In this document: positions 50,685 to 63,627 of the stretch, in pieces
Layout: each line of letters starts with the position of its first letter
How positions within the stretch are numbered: position 1 is the first letter of the stretch
Notes under the pieces: generated by a model
The model's database searches: none
What the model saw: only the letters and a program-made list of their open reading frames with translations
What the model was told of the DNA's origin: nothing
Assembly: GCA_965235115.1 (NCBI GenBank)
Contig: OZ249436.1
Coordinates: 2,234,001-2,298,000 of the forward strand
DNA: 64,000 nucleotides
Direction: 5' to 3'
Source of the DNA: Laetmonice hystrix
Lineage: Eukaryota
Translations under genes and position numbers: made by a program

Positions 50685-51853
50685 GGTTATGTCAAAACAG
50701 TTGGACCAGAGAGGGACTATTCGAGTTCGGGTTATGTCAAAACAGTTGGACCAGAGAGGGACTATTCGAGTTCGGGTTATGTCAAAACAGTTGGACCAGA
50801 GAGGGACTATTCGAGTTCGGGTTATGTCAAAACAGTTGGACCAGAGAGGGACTATTCGAGTTCGGGTTATGTCAAAACAGTTGGACCAGAGAGGGACTAT
50901 TCGAGTTCGGGTTATGTCAAAACAGTTGGACCAGAGAGGGACTATTCGAGTTCGGGTTATGTCAAAACAGTTGGACTAGAGAGGGACTATTCGAGTTCGG
51001 GTTATGTCAAAACAGTTGGTCCAGAGAGGGACTATTCGAGTTCGGGTTATGTCAAAACAGTTGGACCAGAGAGGGACTATTCGAGTTCGGGTTATGTCAA
51101 AACAGTTGGACTAGAGAGGGACTATTCGAGTTCGGGTTATGCCAAAACAGTTGGACCAGAGAGGGACTATTCGAGTTCGGGTTATGTCAAAACAGTTGGA
51201 CCAGAGAGGGACTATTCGAGTTCGGGTTATGTCAAAACAGTTGGACTAGAGAGGGACTATTCGAGTTCGGGTTATGTCAAAACAGATGGACCAGAGAGTG
51301 ACTATTCGAGTTCGGGTTATGTCAAAACAGTTGGACCAGAGAGGGACTATTCGAGTTCGGGTTATGTCAAAACAGTTGGACCAGAGAGGGACTATTCGAG
51401 TTCGGGTTATGTCAAAACAGATGGACCAGAGAGTGACTATTCGAGTTCGGGTTATGTCAAAACAGTTGGTCCAGAGAGGGACTATTCGAGTTCGGGTTAT
51501 GTCAAAACAGTTGGACTAGAGAGGGACTATTCGAGTTCGGGTTATGTCAAAACAGTTGGACCAGAGAGGGACTATTCGAGTTCGGGTTATGTCAAAACAG
51601 TTGGACCAGAGAGGGACTATTCGAGTTCGGGTTATGTCAAAACAGTTGGACCAGAGAGGGACTATTCGAGTTCGGGTTGTGTCAAAACAGTTGGACCAGA
51701 AAAGGACTATTCGAGTTCGGGTTGTGTCAAAACAGTTGGACCAGAGAGGGACTATTCGAGTTCGGGTTGTGTCAAAACAGTTGGACCAGAGAGGGACTAT
51801 TCGAGTTCGGGTTGTGTCAAAACAGTTGGACCAGAGAGGGACTATTCGAGTTG
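50685..51853. repeat. Minisatellite, 45 bp x26
   Basis: GGTTATGTCAAAACAGTTGGACCAGAGAGGGACTATTCGAGTTCG. Confidence 0.97.
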
Positions 51854-52873
51854 GGGCGAACATGAGGATGACGATATTGTCCGATATTAAAACCTGCTGA
51901 CGAAAACCTTATGACGTAGGCGTCACGTGACCAACTTCTCGGGTACCGGACGAGATTCTCGCGTGACCTCTTAACGATGTGGCTAATGGCTGGCGGCAGT
52001 TGGGGAAATGAAGACGGCCTAATGTGTCCTGCATGCATGCAACCTCATCACACAGCTTCGACTCAAGTAGTCTTATTGTTCCAGAGTACGATTTGCCGGT
52101 TTTGTCTTAACTCCAGGCAAATATCTTCATAAAAAGAGAACAAGGGAGTTAGGCTTCACACCGTATTCAGGATCACTTTGAGGGGTGGGTTGGAGCTTAT
52201 AAAAATACACTGAAACAAACTGACTGCCTGCTCCACTGTGGGGCAGCGCCCCGGTCGCCTAGACCTTGACGAACGTTTGTATGATACACTCGTGGGTTAC
52301 TAGAACTCGCTCTGCTCGAACCTTGCGGACTGACCAAAGTCATCTATACAGTACTCTTTAATCGAAGGACATTGTAAGACCGGCAGGGACGTGGGTGTAT
52401 ACATATCTTTAGACGTTTAGGTTTTAATATCGGGACAGGGCAGCCCATTTTGCTACTCATGCTGAGGTCATCCAGGACCAGATGCTGTCTGACCTGTGTA
52501 TCTGTGAGTTTAGGAGCGGCCTGGGCAGGGGTTATAGCCAGTAAAAGATCGATCTCCGATATGGTCAGAGCGAGTTAACGCTAGATCAATCAGGTTTGTC
52601 CCACCGAGAATCCGACCATTGCCGGGTAATCTGCGCGCCGGCTGGGACGGTTTATGATAGACGTCTGCCTCCGAGAGTCGTCGTCAGATGGGAGAGATTC
52701 AAACCCACGCCGTTAAATCTTACTGGTCACAAGCAAACATTTCGTCGGTCTATTTATAGCCAGGGCGGCCATCAGGGGGCGGGTTATTGGCTGTTAACGT
52801 TTTATCGTTGAGGTATAATAACACGAATAGTTTGATTTGAGGTAATCAACCCCGGGTCGGCCTTGTCATCAGT

Positions 52874-53032
<159 letters not shown>

Positions 53033-53521
53033 TATCAGTCTGCTCCCATGTCCTGCGTCCTCCTACGCAGGCGCCATCTACGGGTAGATGATCTCACCAT
53101 AAAAATCCCACACTCTGTCCCGACTCATCGTCCAGACTGGTCAATTTATAAATTTGGTGCTAACGGCGTGTTAGCTGGGACAGATCGGGTCAGGCGGCCG
53201 GCCGGTGTGGTCCTGATGGCCTGGTGAAAATTTAACATCAAGGAAGACTGTGGAGGACCCCCCCCCCCCCCCTCCGCCCCCGGCCGGCCGTACAGATCAG
53301 TCCGCCGGGGACCCTCCGAGGTGATAGCCCGGTAAAAGCTGCCTCCAGTCATGTCCAAGTCCGACATGAATAAAACAGGGTCTGAGTATCGGCCGCTGAT
53401 GGGAGGTTAGCTTGATGTTAGAGGTCATACTGGTATTGGTCTAGAATCATGTTGGAAAGTCAATTTATGGCACTGTAAAGATGCAGATAGGTACGGTGAA
53501 AGTCTGAGATAATTGTCCACA

Positions 53522-53862
53522 CCGACTGTCACTGACAGATGGAGGAACGTTACCAGCACACAGCTGTCTAATGTACACTGAAGGCATCCGACTGTCACTG
53601 ACAGATGGAGGAAAGTTACCAGCACACAGCTGTCTAATGTACACTGAAGGCATCCGACTGTCACTGTCAGATGGAGGAACGTTACCAGCACACAGCTGTC
53701 TAATGTACACTGAAGGCATCCGACTGTCACTGACAGATGGAGGAAAGTTGCCAGCATACAGCTGTCTAATGTACACTGAAGGCATCCGACTGTCACTGAC
53801 AGATGGAGGAAAGTTACCAGCACACAGCTGTCTACCAGCAAAATGCACACTGAAGGCATCGC
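53522..53862. repeat. Minisatellite, 66 bp x about 5
   Basis: CCGACTGTCACTGACAGATGGAGGAAAGTTACCAGCACACAGCTGTCTAATGTACACTGAAGGCAT. Confidence 0.95.
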
Positions 53863-54022
53863 TAGATCTCTATGTGAAATGAAAGTGCTATACTGGCTGC
53901 TTGTAGTGAATAGTAGTAAAATCTTGGCATTGGTTTTCTTCAAAGGAGAGGGGGTGGGGGTTATCAAACCTATGTGCTACTACCTTACGGCTACAGAAAG
54001 CCTTTATTGTGCTGATAAAGTC

Positions 54023-54173
54023 GCTGTTAACACTGACTTTGTTTAAAAACCAAACAGACCTGCTTTATTTTGACACTCAAGGTTTAGTTCTCGACAGGCT
54101 GTTAACACTGACTTTGTTTAAAAACCAAACAGACCTGCTTTATTTCGACACTCAAGGTTTAGTTCTCGACAGG
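54023..54173. repeat. Tandem duplication, 75 bp x2
   Basis: GCTGTTAACACTGACTTTGTTTAAAAACC...TTCTCGACAG occurs twice. Confidence 0.9.
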
Positions 54174-54554
54174 TTGAAATCCTAAACCTATTCATTTCAA
54201 AATAACAATGTGCCACCTTTGAAGGCATTGCATTGAGGAGAACTTGTTTGAATGTTTTATTGGCTGAGGAATGTTTTATTGGCTGTGTCTTACACTGCGG
54301 AATGTATGAGGGGGGGGGGGGTGTACAAATGTGAATGTCTCACGGGACCGTTTTACAACCTCGTGTTCATTAGCTTGTTCATTATCACCAACGTATTTTC
54401 ATGGGAACATTTAAACGCACGACAGGATAGCGATGGTTGTGCAAAAAATAATGGGTAAAACAAACGCCTACATATATGATCTTTATTCGTACACATACTA
54501 TGGTACAGTAAGCAGAGAAGTAATCTTAAAAATTATATTCATATCAAATCTTAA

Positions 54555-55091
54555 AGGGGCATGCTATGAAACACGTTTTTGAGGATTTCCGGCAATTATC
54601 CAACATGACCGTGTACTAGGGATCGAAGTAAATAATCCTACCACAGCATTTTGTCCTCCGACTTGTTTTCGCTACGTATGCAGCACAAGTAGGTTCTATA
54701 CGACTAAACCTATAGATTTCTCCCGATAGCACATCTCCCGCCATAATTTGGCGGATAACCCCCCCCCCCCCCCCATCAACCCGTGTAATTGCATACTGTG
54801 TCACATCCTCTGTGTGCACTCCCTGCATGTGCTTAGTCACGTGCTTTGCTTAGTTGTAAAAAATCAGCAGTGGCACTCGATCGCCTGGCATCAGAATGTC
54901 ACCCAAAAAATATTTTACGAAATCGGCAGAGAAGCGGGCAAGGGAGCTTAATAAACTTCGATTTCTCCCGCAAAATGAAACTGATAAGTCTGTCTTTGTA
55001 TACTAAGCAATTTTAATGAAGGATCTCTTTATGAAAACAGCAAAAGTTCTATGAAATACCGATTTTTAACGTTTCCTCATAATATGCCCCT
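54555..55091. mobile_element. Non-autonomous Kolobok-like DNA transposon (537 bp)
   Basis: TTAA at 54551-54554 and 55092-55095. Imperfect TIR AGGGGCATGCTATGA / TCATAATATGCCCCT. A TTAA TSD with purine-purine termini is the Kolobok signature. Confidence 0.7.
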
Positions 55092-55485
55092 TTAAAAACC
55101 ACATCATATATTAAAAAAGATCAACATTCTACTAAAATTCCTATATACAATCAAAAGGGATCCATGTAAAATTCAGTACCCATCCTTGCTCTAATGTGAT
55201 CTATACATGTACCCGTAATAATATGGCCTAGAATTCTGTCCCTCCACCAGAACTTCTTTGATCTGTATAAGTACTCACCGGCTTTGTGTATCTGTGTATT
55301 AAGTATGTGCGTAAGTCAGAACTTGATGATATAGGACGGGTAGCAGAATGTTAGCGTGTGCTCACGCTAACCTGTCGTTATAAGATATACTCACGCTAAC
55401 ATATCGTTATAAGATATACTATACAAAAGGAGCGGAGCCTCCAGTCGTGACTGAATTAAATTACCGGAACTCTTCATCCAGGTGG

Positions 55486-56428
55486 AGCTCTTTCACATAC
55501 AGGGTATTCAAGGCAGGCTCTGTGTCTTGTACGCATCCCCCTGAGATCTTTCACATACAGAGTATTCAAGGCAGGCTCTGTGTCTTGTACGCATCCCCTG
55601 AGATCTTTCACATACAGGGTATTCAAGGCAGGCTCTGTGTCTTGTACGCATCCCCCTGAGATCTTTCACATACAGAGTATTCAAGGCAGGTTCTGTGTCT
55701 TGTACGCATCCCCCTGAGATCTTTCACATACAGGGTATTCAAGGCAGGTTCTGTGTCTTGTACGCATCCCCGCTGAGGTCTTTCACATACAGGGTATTCT
55801 AGGCATGTTCTGTGTCTTGTACGCATCCCCGCTGAGATCTTTCACATACAGAGTATTCAAGGCAGGCTCTGTGTCTTGTACGCATCCCCGCTGAGATCTT
55901 TCACATACAGAGTATTCAAGGCAGGCTCTGTGTCTTGTACGCATCCCCGCTGAGCTCTTTCACATACAGAGTATTCAAGGCAGGTTCTGTGTCTTGTACG
56001 CATCCCCGCTGAGATCTTTCACATACAGGGTATTCAAGGCAGGCTCTGTGTCTTGTACGCATCCCCGCTGAGCTCTTTCACATACAGGGTATTCAAGGCA
56101 GGCTCTGTGTCTTGTACGCATCCCCGCTGAGATCTTTCACATACAGAGTATTCAAGGCAGGCTCTGTGTCTTGTACGCATCCCCGCTGAGATCTTTCACA
56201 TACAGAGTATTCAAGGCAGGCTCTGTGTCTTGTACGCATCCCCGCTGAGATCTTTCACATACAGAGTATTCAAGGCAGGTTCTGTGTCTTGTACGCATCC
56301 CCGCTGAGATCTTTCACATACAGGGTATTCAAGGCAGGTTCTGTGTCTTGTACGCATCCCCGCTGAGGTCTTTCACATACAGGGTATTCTAGGCATGTTC
56401 TGTGTCTTGTACGCATCCCCGCTGAGAA
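55486..56428. repeat. Minisatellite, 57-59 bp x16
   Basis: TCTTTCACATACAG(A/G)GTATTCAAGGCAGGCTCTGTGTCTTGTACGCATCCCCGCTGAGA. Confidence 0.97.
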
Positions 56429-56685
56429 CAATGGTCGTTCTTCCTCTGGCACGTCATATTTTATATGATGCGTGTATTTGCGAGCTCGGCGCAGATATCA
56501 GACTCGCTTGTATGTAGTCTGGCAGACAATATTATCAGGCATGATCAGGGATCAGCCCGTTCGGATGGCGTGCCCCTCGCTGCTCACTTTGTACCTGAGG
56601 GAGAAGTTGTTTTGATGGTGGTGGCAGTTGCTCGGTTTTGTAGGACCTTCCATGAAGCCTGGTGGCGTATCCAATGGTATGAGGC

Positions 56686-56862
56686 GGCCAGGGGTTGGCG
56701 GGGCCAGGGGTTGGCGGGGCCAGGGGTTGGCGGGGCCAGGGGTTGGCGGGGCCAGGGGTTGGTGGGGCCAGGGGTTGGCGGGGCCAGGGGTTGGCGGGGC
56801 CAGGGGTTGGCGGGGCCAGGGGTTGGCGGGGCCAGGGGTTGGTGGGGCCAGGGGTTGGCGGG
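56686..56862. repeat. G-rich minisatellite, 16 bp x11
   Basis: GGGGCCAGGGGTTGGC. Confidence 0.95.
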
Positions 56863-57131
56863 TTGTCGAGATGCCATGGACCGCTGAGAATGGGTGGCAT
56901 GTTCTCTGCCTGTTGTATTGGGTGCAGGATTATTGCTGTTGGTGACCATTCCATCTTTATAATCCCGGTTTTTATGTTACCGGCTTCGTGCTCAGCCTAT
57001 ACAAGGTGGGCAAACAAGAACAAAAGAAACCTTGTCCCGATATACAATGATGGCAGATGTAATCTTTTTTAATATAAAATGAGACAAAAATCGTCGAATT
57101 GGGTTGAATATTGTTCAGTTGGGAGATATCT

Positions 57132-57650
57132 TTTGTGCGGCAAGTCTGGTTTCTATTTGTGCGGCAAGTTTGGTTTCAACTGTACAGCATTGGCAAGTCT
57201 GGTTTCTATTTGTGCGGCAAGTCTGGTTTCAACTGTACAGCACTGCCAAGTCTGGTTTCTATTTGTGCGGCAAGTCTGGTTTCAACTGTACAGAACTGGC
57301 AAGTCTGGTTTCTATTTGTGCGGCAGGTCTGGTTTCAACTGTACAGCACTGGGAAGTCTGGTTTCTATTTGTGCGGCAAGTCTGGTTTCAACTGTACACA
57401 GCACTGGGAAGTCTGGTTTCTATTTGTGCGGCAAGTCTGGTTTCCACTGTACAGCACTGACAAGTCTGGTTCCAACTGTACAGCACTGACAAGTCTGGTT
57501 CCAACTGTACAGCACTGGCAAGTCTGGTTTCAACTGTACAGCACTGCCAAGTCTAGTTTCTATTTGTGCGGCAAGTCTGGTTTCAACTGTACAGCACTGA
57601 CAAGTCTGGATTCAACTGTACAGCACTGACAAGTCTGGTTTCAACTATAC
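57132..57650. repeat. Composite minisatellite of 24-bp and 29-bp subunits
   Basis: GGCAAGTCTGGTTTCTATTTGTGC plus GGCAAGTCTGGTTTCAACTGTACAGCACT. Confidence 0.92.
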
Positions 57651-58163
57651 AACACTTGAATTTCCTAACAATAAATCGCCCACGGCCTCGAGATATCAGT
57701 GATGACAACTAGGCCCCACTTGTCGCACAAAAGATATGTCAGATAGTAAACTTTTCATCAATGGTTTCACTTCCCTCAAAATAATTTTCTTTGTAGTCAT
57801 ATCAATTGTGTGAGTGCCAGCGTGCTAGAAAAATGCTATTCATTTTTGTTTTCTGCACCTCTCTGTGGGAGTCAATTTCGCCATCGACTGGGCGAGGTGG
57901 GACCACAACTCCCTTTCCCTCCTCAAATGGAATTCCCATGACCCTCTTATATTTCATTGCGAAGGCAGACTCTGCCCTTTTTAGTCTTTTTTTTAAACGA
58001 GATGATATATATCCGTTCATTTGAAGGTGGTGGGTAATATTGACAGCATGAAGTGGATAACGTTATTTCTTATTATTATTTAGGGATTCGATTTCAGCCA
58101 CACACAGTTGTGTTTCTGAAGTAGGAAGGACTCAGGTTAGACTTTCAATGTTAAACTTTTTAT

Positions 58164-58297
58164 TGGTATACCGGTTGTGGTATTTTGGTATACCAGTTGT
58201 GGTATTTTGGTATACCAGTTGTGGTATTTTGGTATACCAGTTGTGGTATTTTGGTATACTGGTTGTGGTATTTTGGTATACTGGTTGTGGTATTTTA
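58164..58297. repeat. Minisatellite, 22 bp x6
   Basis: GGTATACCAGTTGTGGTATTTT. Confidence 0.95.
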
Positions 58298-59131
58298 TTT
58301 GATACTGTATCCCGGGTTGAGATAAAACTCCCCGACTTTACTACTCCCCTCTGACGTCGATCGGTCACGTGACCCGGTCATTGACTCGGTACACTTTACC
58401 CCTTTTATCACCCATTGTTTCTAACAGTTCTCCTGGCTCCTTTCAAAGCTTCACGTTTCTCCAGCCGTCACCATTAACGGCAGACTTCACGTGAGATTAG
58501 ACGCTATCAGATTTCGAGGCGTAAATCTCATATCTTTATTAGCATTAAGGTTCACGAGACATAAATCTTTGTTGTTTGTCGTCATTTGGAGCGAAATTAA
58601 TGGTTTTCATCTTTCACTTCCACGGAGAGTCATGGTGACACTGATGGCTGTTTTTGGTTAGTCCTTTGGGACCTTGTATGATTGCTCTCTCAAGGGTCCT
58701 CGGCCTGTCGTTAACGGTTAAGGATTCTGTCCTATCTCTGTGGTGTGTGGTCGGTTCGGTCACTTTCTCTGGCGGTCGGTTCCAACTCCTGAAGTGCCAT
58801 AATATGTCATTCCTCATACACACTCATTGCATGCAGAATTGCTTCTCTTTTAGCCATCTTTATTTATTATTTCCACTTACAAGGTATCATTTTGGAGTAA
58901 TCTTTAGTAGGATCAAACTTCGCCTTTCTTTATTCTTTTATTTCTCATGTAGTCATTAATTTGTCGCAAGTACGGTAATTGTCATTAGAAATGCCATAGA
59001 GACTTATCTCAGTCTGTTACGGTACCAGTATGGAGTGCGCAGACGTAGCGTGCATGGGTCTCGTAGGTGGTCAGCAGCACATTGACACTATCTCTTGCTC
59101 TCTTTCCTTCCCGACGATGTGAATTGTACAG

Positions 59132-59143
59132 AAGAGGCGCCTA
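59132..59143 (+). CDS. Candidate 12-nt microexon (AAG AGG CGC CTA = KRRL if phase 0)
   Basis: gtacag|AAGAGGCGCCTA|gtaagt: consensus donor, pyrimidine tract about 59088-59112, no AG for about 50 nt upstream, frame-preserving length. Confidence 0.35.
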
Positions 59144-60316
59144 GTAAGTAACAGTACCAGTGTAGCCTGTGTGTTTTTTAACATTTTTATGCTCGCTCAT
59201 TGTGTTTGAATTTACATGATTATGTGGTGTTTGAAATATTATTGAATGGTTGCCGGGCAGAATGGGCGTGCACTCGTATGTTATACATCTGGAGTAGCAT
59301 GGCAGATGTATAACATAGTATGTTATACATCTGTAGTACGCAGATGTATAACATAGAACATGTAGTATCATATAAAAGAGGTAAAAGTTGTGGACACCAC
59401 GCGGGTTGTTAATACCCGTGCTCTGCCTATGACCCCAGCTGCAACCAGTATAAAGGACAATTAACGCAATATATGTTTTCTTCTATTTTTATGAATCTTC
59501 TGCACCTTTTATTGTAGCGGGTACCAGCCACATGAAGCTGCACGGCTATTTTGCCATTTCCTTGATATGGCTGTAGCATTGAGTTTTGACCTTGGTCTGG
59601 TTTATACTTATATTAACTTTTTATACTTGAGATTATTCTGGCTAATATTGGTATTGCACAGCTGAGTCTATGTTAAGATACATGATACATTTACTAATTT
59701 GGTAAGTATCATCAATATTTTCTTCTTTTCCTCTTGTTTTTCTCCCTAAAATCATCCCACATGTTTTCTATGGTGTTATGTGCCAGAGAAACGTACTACA
59801 CGTACATTTGTAAAATAACCAATGTAGGTCGCTGCGCAAACTTTATTTCCGAGGTGGAAAATGGTTTTGTTTGAAGTTTTCAGTTGTATTCACCAGTATG
59901 AGAAATCTTAACGTGTATTGGGATAGATCCATTGAGACCCAACACTTCCCCAGCTATGTCGTCAAAAGTCGCGGAATTACAGTTTGACAACGTTTAGGTA
60001 TGAGAAATGAGAGAGAAAATAATTGTGGGAATTCCTCACTTTCTCTGAACGTATTTATTGGGCCGTTGGTATCCTGTTTACCTGGACAATTTGCTGACGT
60101 TTAGATTTTAATGGTTTGAGAAACTAGCCGCAGGGTCCTGGAAATTTATGATGGAAATACGAACCCTTTGAACACAGCACGTTGCACCTCCAGCGAAACA
60201 GACCAATCGCAGAATCGCGGCTGCCTTCCACATAGAGCAAATATAATATGTATAATATGGATATTTCCATTGCCATAGTTAAAAGGAGGCTTTTTAATCA
60301 GGCTCAGAAATAAAAC

Positions 60317-60763
60317 ATACTGGTTTTAGTCTACTGATACATAGCACTTGGCCTTCCAATACTGGTTTAAAGTATACTGATACATAGCACTTGGCCTTCC
60401 AATACTGGTTTAAAGTATACTGATACATAGCACCTGGCCTTCCAATACTGGTTTAAAGTATACTGATACATAGCACTTGGCCTTCCAATACTGGTTTTAA
60501 GTATACTGATACATACATAGCACCTGGCCTTCCAATACTGGTTTTAAGTATACTGATACATAGCACTTGGCCTTCCAATACTGGTTTTAAGTATACTGAT
60601 ACATACATAGCACCTGGCCTTCCAATACTGGTTTAAAGTATACTGATACATATATAGCACCTGGCCTTCCAATACTGGTTTTAAGTATACTGATACATAC
60701 ATAGCACCTGGCCTTCCAATACTGGTTTTAAGTATACTGATACATACATAGCACTTCCAATAC
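60317..60763. repeat. Minisatellite, 43-47 bp x about 10
   Basis: ATACTGGTTTAAAGTATACTGATACATAGCACTTGGCCTTCCA. Confidence 0.95.
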
Positions 60764-60883
60764 GTGGCTGAGGCACCACTGGTGTGTATCAAATAGCGGT
60801 GGTTGTTATTGTTGTGTTGAGCTCGGAGTTAATCACCAGTAGGAGGGTGGGCAAAGGCGACATTAACTCACACTCAGATTGGG

Positions 60884-61200
60884 GTGAGTCCCTACCTAAC
60901 TCTGGGGTTGGTAGGAGGGGTGGGGGTGGGTATGAGTCCCTACCTAACTCTGGGGTTGGTAGGAGGGGTGGGGGTGGGTATAAGTCCCTACCTAACTCTG
61001 GGGTTGGTAGGAGGGGTGGGGGTGGGTATGAGTCCTTACCTAACTCTGGGCGAGGGGTTGGTAGGAGGGGGTGGGGGTGGGGGTGGGGGAGGGGGAGGGG
61101 TTGGTAGGAGGGGGAGGGGGTGGGGGTGGGGGAGGGGGAGGGGTTGGTAGGAGGGGGAGGGGGTGGGGGAGGGGTTGGTAGGAGGGGGAGGGGGTGGGGG
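60884..61200. repeat. 48-bp minisatellite x about 4 grading into G-run low-complexity sequence
   Basis: TGAGTCCCTACCTAACTCTGGGGTTGGTAGGAGGGGTGGGGGTGGGTA, then GGGGG(T/A) runs. Confidence 0.92.
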
Positions 61201-61335
61201 ACTCGTCACTACATACATCTCACACCTCACTAATTACGGACGTCAGGCGGCCATACAAAGCGACACGCGGCGCTAATTGAACCAATAAAGAATTATGAAA
61301 TTACTACTGTCGTGAATTCTAATATATATAGGAAA

Positions 61336-61936
61336 TTGATGGTAGTGTGGGCTTGTGTCGTGCTGTGGGTAATAAAACAAAAATCATAGGTTTGTCCGCC
61401 AATCTAAGATGTGAGGTTTTATATAGAGTATGTACTTGATGGTGGGTGGGTTTGTGTCGTGCTGTGGGTAATAAAACAAAAATCATAGGATTGTCCGCCA
61501 ATCTAAGATGTAATGTTTTATATACAGTATGTACTTGATGGTGGGGTGGGTTTGTGTCGTGCTATGGGTAATAAAACAAAAATCATAGGTTTGTCCGCCA
61601 ATCTAAGATGTAATGTTTTATATACAGTATGTACTTGATGGTGGGGTGGGTGTGTGCCGTGCTGTGGGTAATAAAACAAAAATCATAGGTTTGTCCGCCA
61701 ATCTAAGATGTAATGTTTTATATAGAGTATGTACTTGATGGTGGGGTGGGTGTGTGCCGTGCTGTGGGTAATAAAACAAAAATCATAGGTTTGTCCGCCA
61801 ATCTAAGATATGAGGTTTTATATACAGTATGTACTTGATGGTGGGGTGTGTGTGTGCCGTGCTGTGGGTAATAAAACAAAAATCATAGGTTTGTCCGCCA
61901 ATCTAAGATGTCATGTTTTATACAGTATGTACTTGC
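61336..61936. repeat. Tandem repeat, about 100 bp x about 6
   Basis: GTGCTGTGGGTAATAAAACAAAAATCATAGGTTTGTCCGCCAATCTAAGATG...TATGTACTTGATGGTGGG repeated. Confidence 0.92.
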
Positions 61937-62310
61937 ATGAATGTATCCCTGTTTTCCGCGAACATGCATTGCACTTCTAATCTTTATTACGCATGTACAT
62001 TCAGGTCTGATGTTTTATCAATACACGCATGCTTACATACACACACACAAAACGACGTTGGTAATGAGCTGTTGGGACAAGGATGGCTGAATGAAGTCTC
62101 ATATTAACTGATATGAACGTCATTGTTAATGCACAGTGATATGTTTGTACCGAAGATCAGGTAAATATTTCATAGATGAGTCCCTTTCACTCGGCTTTGC
62201 TTGCCTTGACGGTCGTCAAGATGAAGGGAATCATTTGCTTTCATTGACTTCATACAGATTTTGCCGACATTGGCTTAGTTATTGTATGTAGAGGGGCACC
62301 GGTTTCATGT

Positions 62311-62865
62311 CTCAATGTAAGTACACAATATACTGGAAAAATAATATATGGCAAAGCCAGGAATGGTTGAGGTTGTAGGAGAAATATTCCCGCGGTCTCA
62401 ATGTAAGTACAAAAATAAATACATGAAAAATAATATGTGTCAGGGCCAGGGATGATTGAGGTTGTATTGGTAGGAGGAGATATACTACCGCGGTCTCAAT
62501 GTAAATACAGAAATAAATATATGAAAAATAATATGTGCCCGAGCCAGGGATGATTGAGGTTGTATTGGTAGGAGGCGAAATATTCCCGCGGTTTCCGTGT
62601 AAGTACAGACATAAATACATGAAAAATAATATGTGCCAGAGCCAGGAATGATTGAGGTAGGAGGCGAAATATTCCCGCGATTTCGGTGTAAGTACAGAAA
62701 TAAATACATGAAGAATTATATGTGCCAGAGCCAGGGATGATTGAGGTTGTATTGGTAGGAGAAAAATTCCCGGGGTTGCAATGTAAGTACAGAAATAAAT
62801 ACATGAGAAAATAATATGTGCCAGAGCCAGTGATGATTGAGGTTGTATTGGTAGGAGGACAGAAT
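62311..62865. repeat. Diverged tandem repeat, about 85-100 bp x about 6
   Basis: ATGTAAGTACAGAAATAAATACATGAAAAATAATATGTGCCAGAGCCAGGGATGATTGAGGTTGTATTGGTAGGAG repeated. Confidence 0.9.
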
Positions 62866-63389
62866 GTTCCTGCCGTGTGTGAACATGTTCCACTGTTCGC
62901 GTCTCATGAAGCCAACTAAATACAAAAGGACAACTAACAGAATAAAGTGTTATCAATTACTGTTTTAGGAGACGTCGCACTGATGTAGAAGATTTATTGG
63001 AAGACTATTAGAGATAAAAACTGTCGCGAGAGAGTGTTTTTATTGCACACATAGCGAGAGATCCCAAATCGTCAGATATTATCCGACAACTAGTGAAATA
63101 AAAAGGCCAAAGTCATGCAGTGTCTAAAATGAGAATGTTTCATTTGGTTTGATTTATTTGGAGGACCAAGTTAATTAGGCCAGTTTAAACGTCCACCTTA
63201 AGTAGTTCTAAAGGAACTTCAGCGCTGTGGTTTCGAGTCCCGCTAGAATCTAGCGTATATGAAAAAAGTAACAATTTGAACTAACTTCTAAACAGTATGT
63301 AATGCTGTAGGCGTACACCTAGTCTTACAAAATGTGCAATCAATGCTGGTCATCGTGATTTTGATAGGTTTTAAGATTACTAGGCTTCA

Positions 63390-63627
63390 CAGAGGCGGAT
63401 CTAGGGGGGGGCAGGGGCAAGTATAGTATAACTTAGGCCCAAATGAACCCAGCCACCCCTTTTGACTTTCGAGCAGTAAAGTAAGGTCTAACAGTAAACC
63501 TGGAGATTTATGAACATTGAAATTTGTATAAAACATGATTTAGTTATCAGCAGTTCAGGACCAGCCACCCCTTTCTGACTTCGTCCCGGTGGGGCCCCCC
63601 TAAGCCAAAATCCTGGATCCGCCCCTG
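63390..63627. mobile_element. MITE with CAG-GGCGGATC TIRs and 5-bp flanking direct repeat
   Basis: CAGAGGCGGATCTAGG ... CCTGGATCCGCCCCTG (14/16 match); CTTCA immediately on both sides; internal duplicated CCAGCCACCCCTTT. Confidence 0.7.

Noticed and set aside
46316..51900. Repeat-derived ORFs (246, 325, 241, 215 and 209 aa) including FEFGLCQNSWTREGL repeats
   Set aside because: They coincide with minisatellites, and there is no splice or codon-level evidence of selection.
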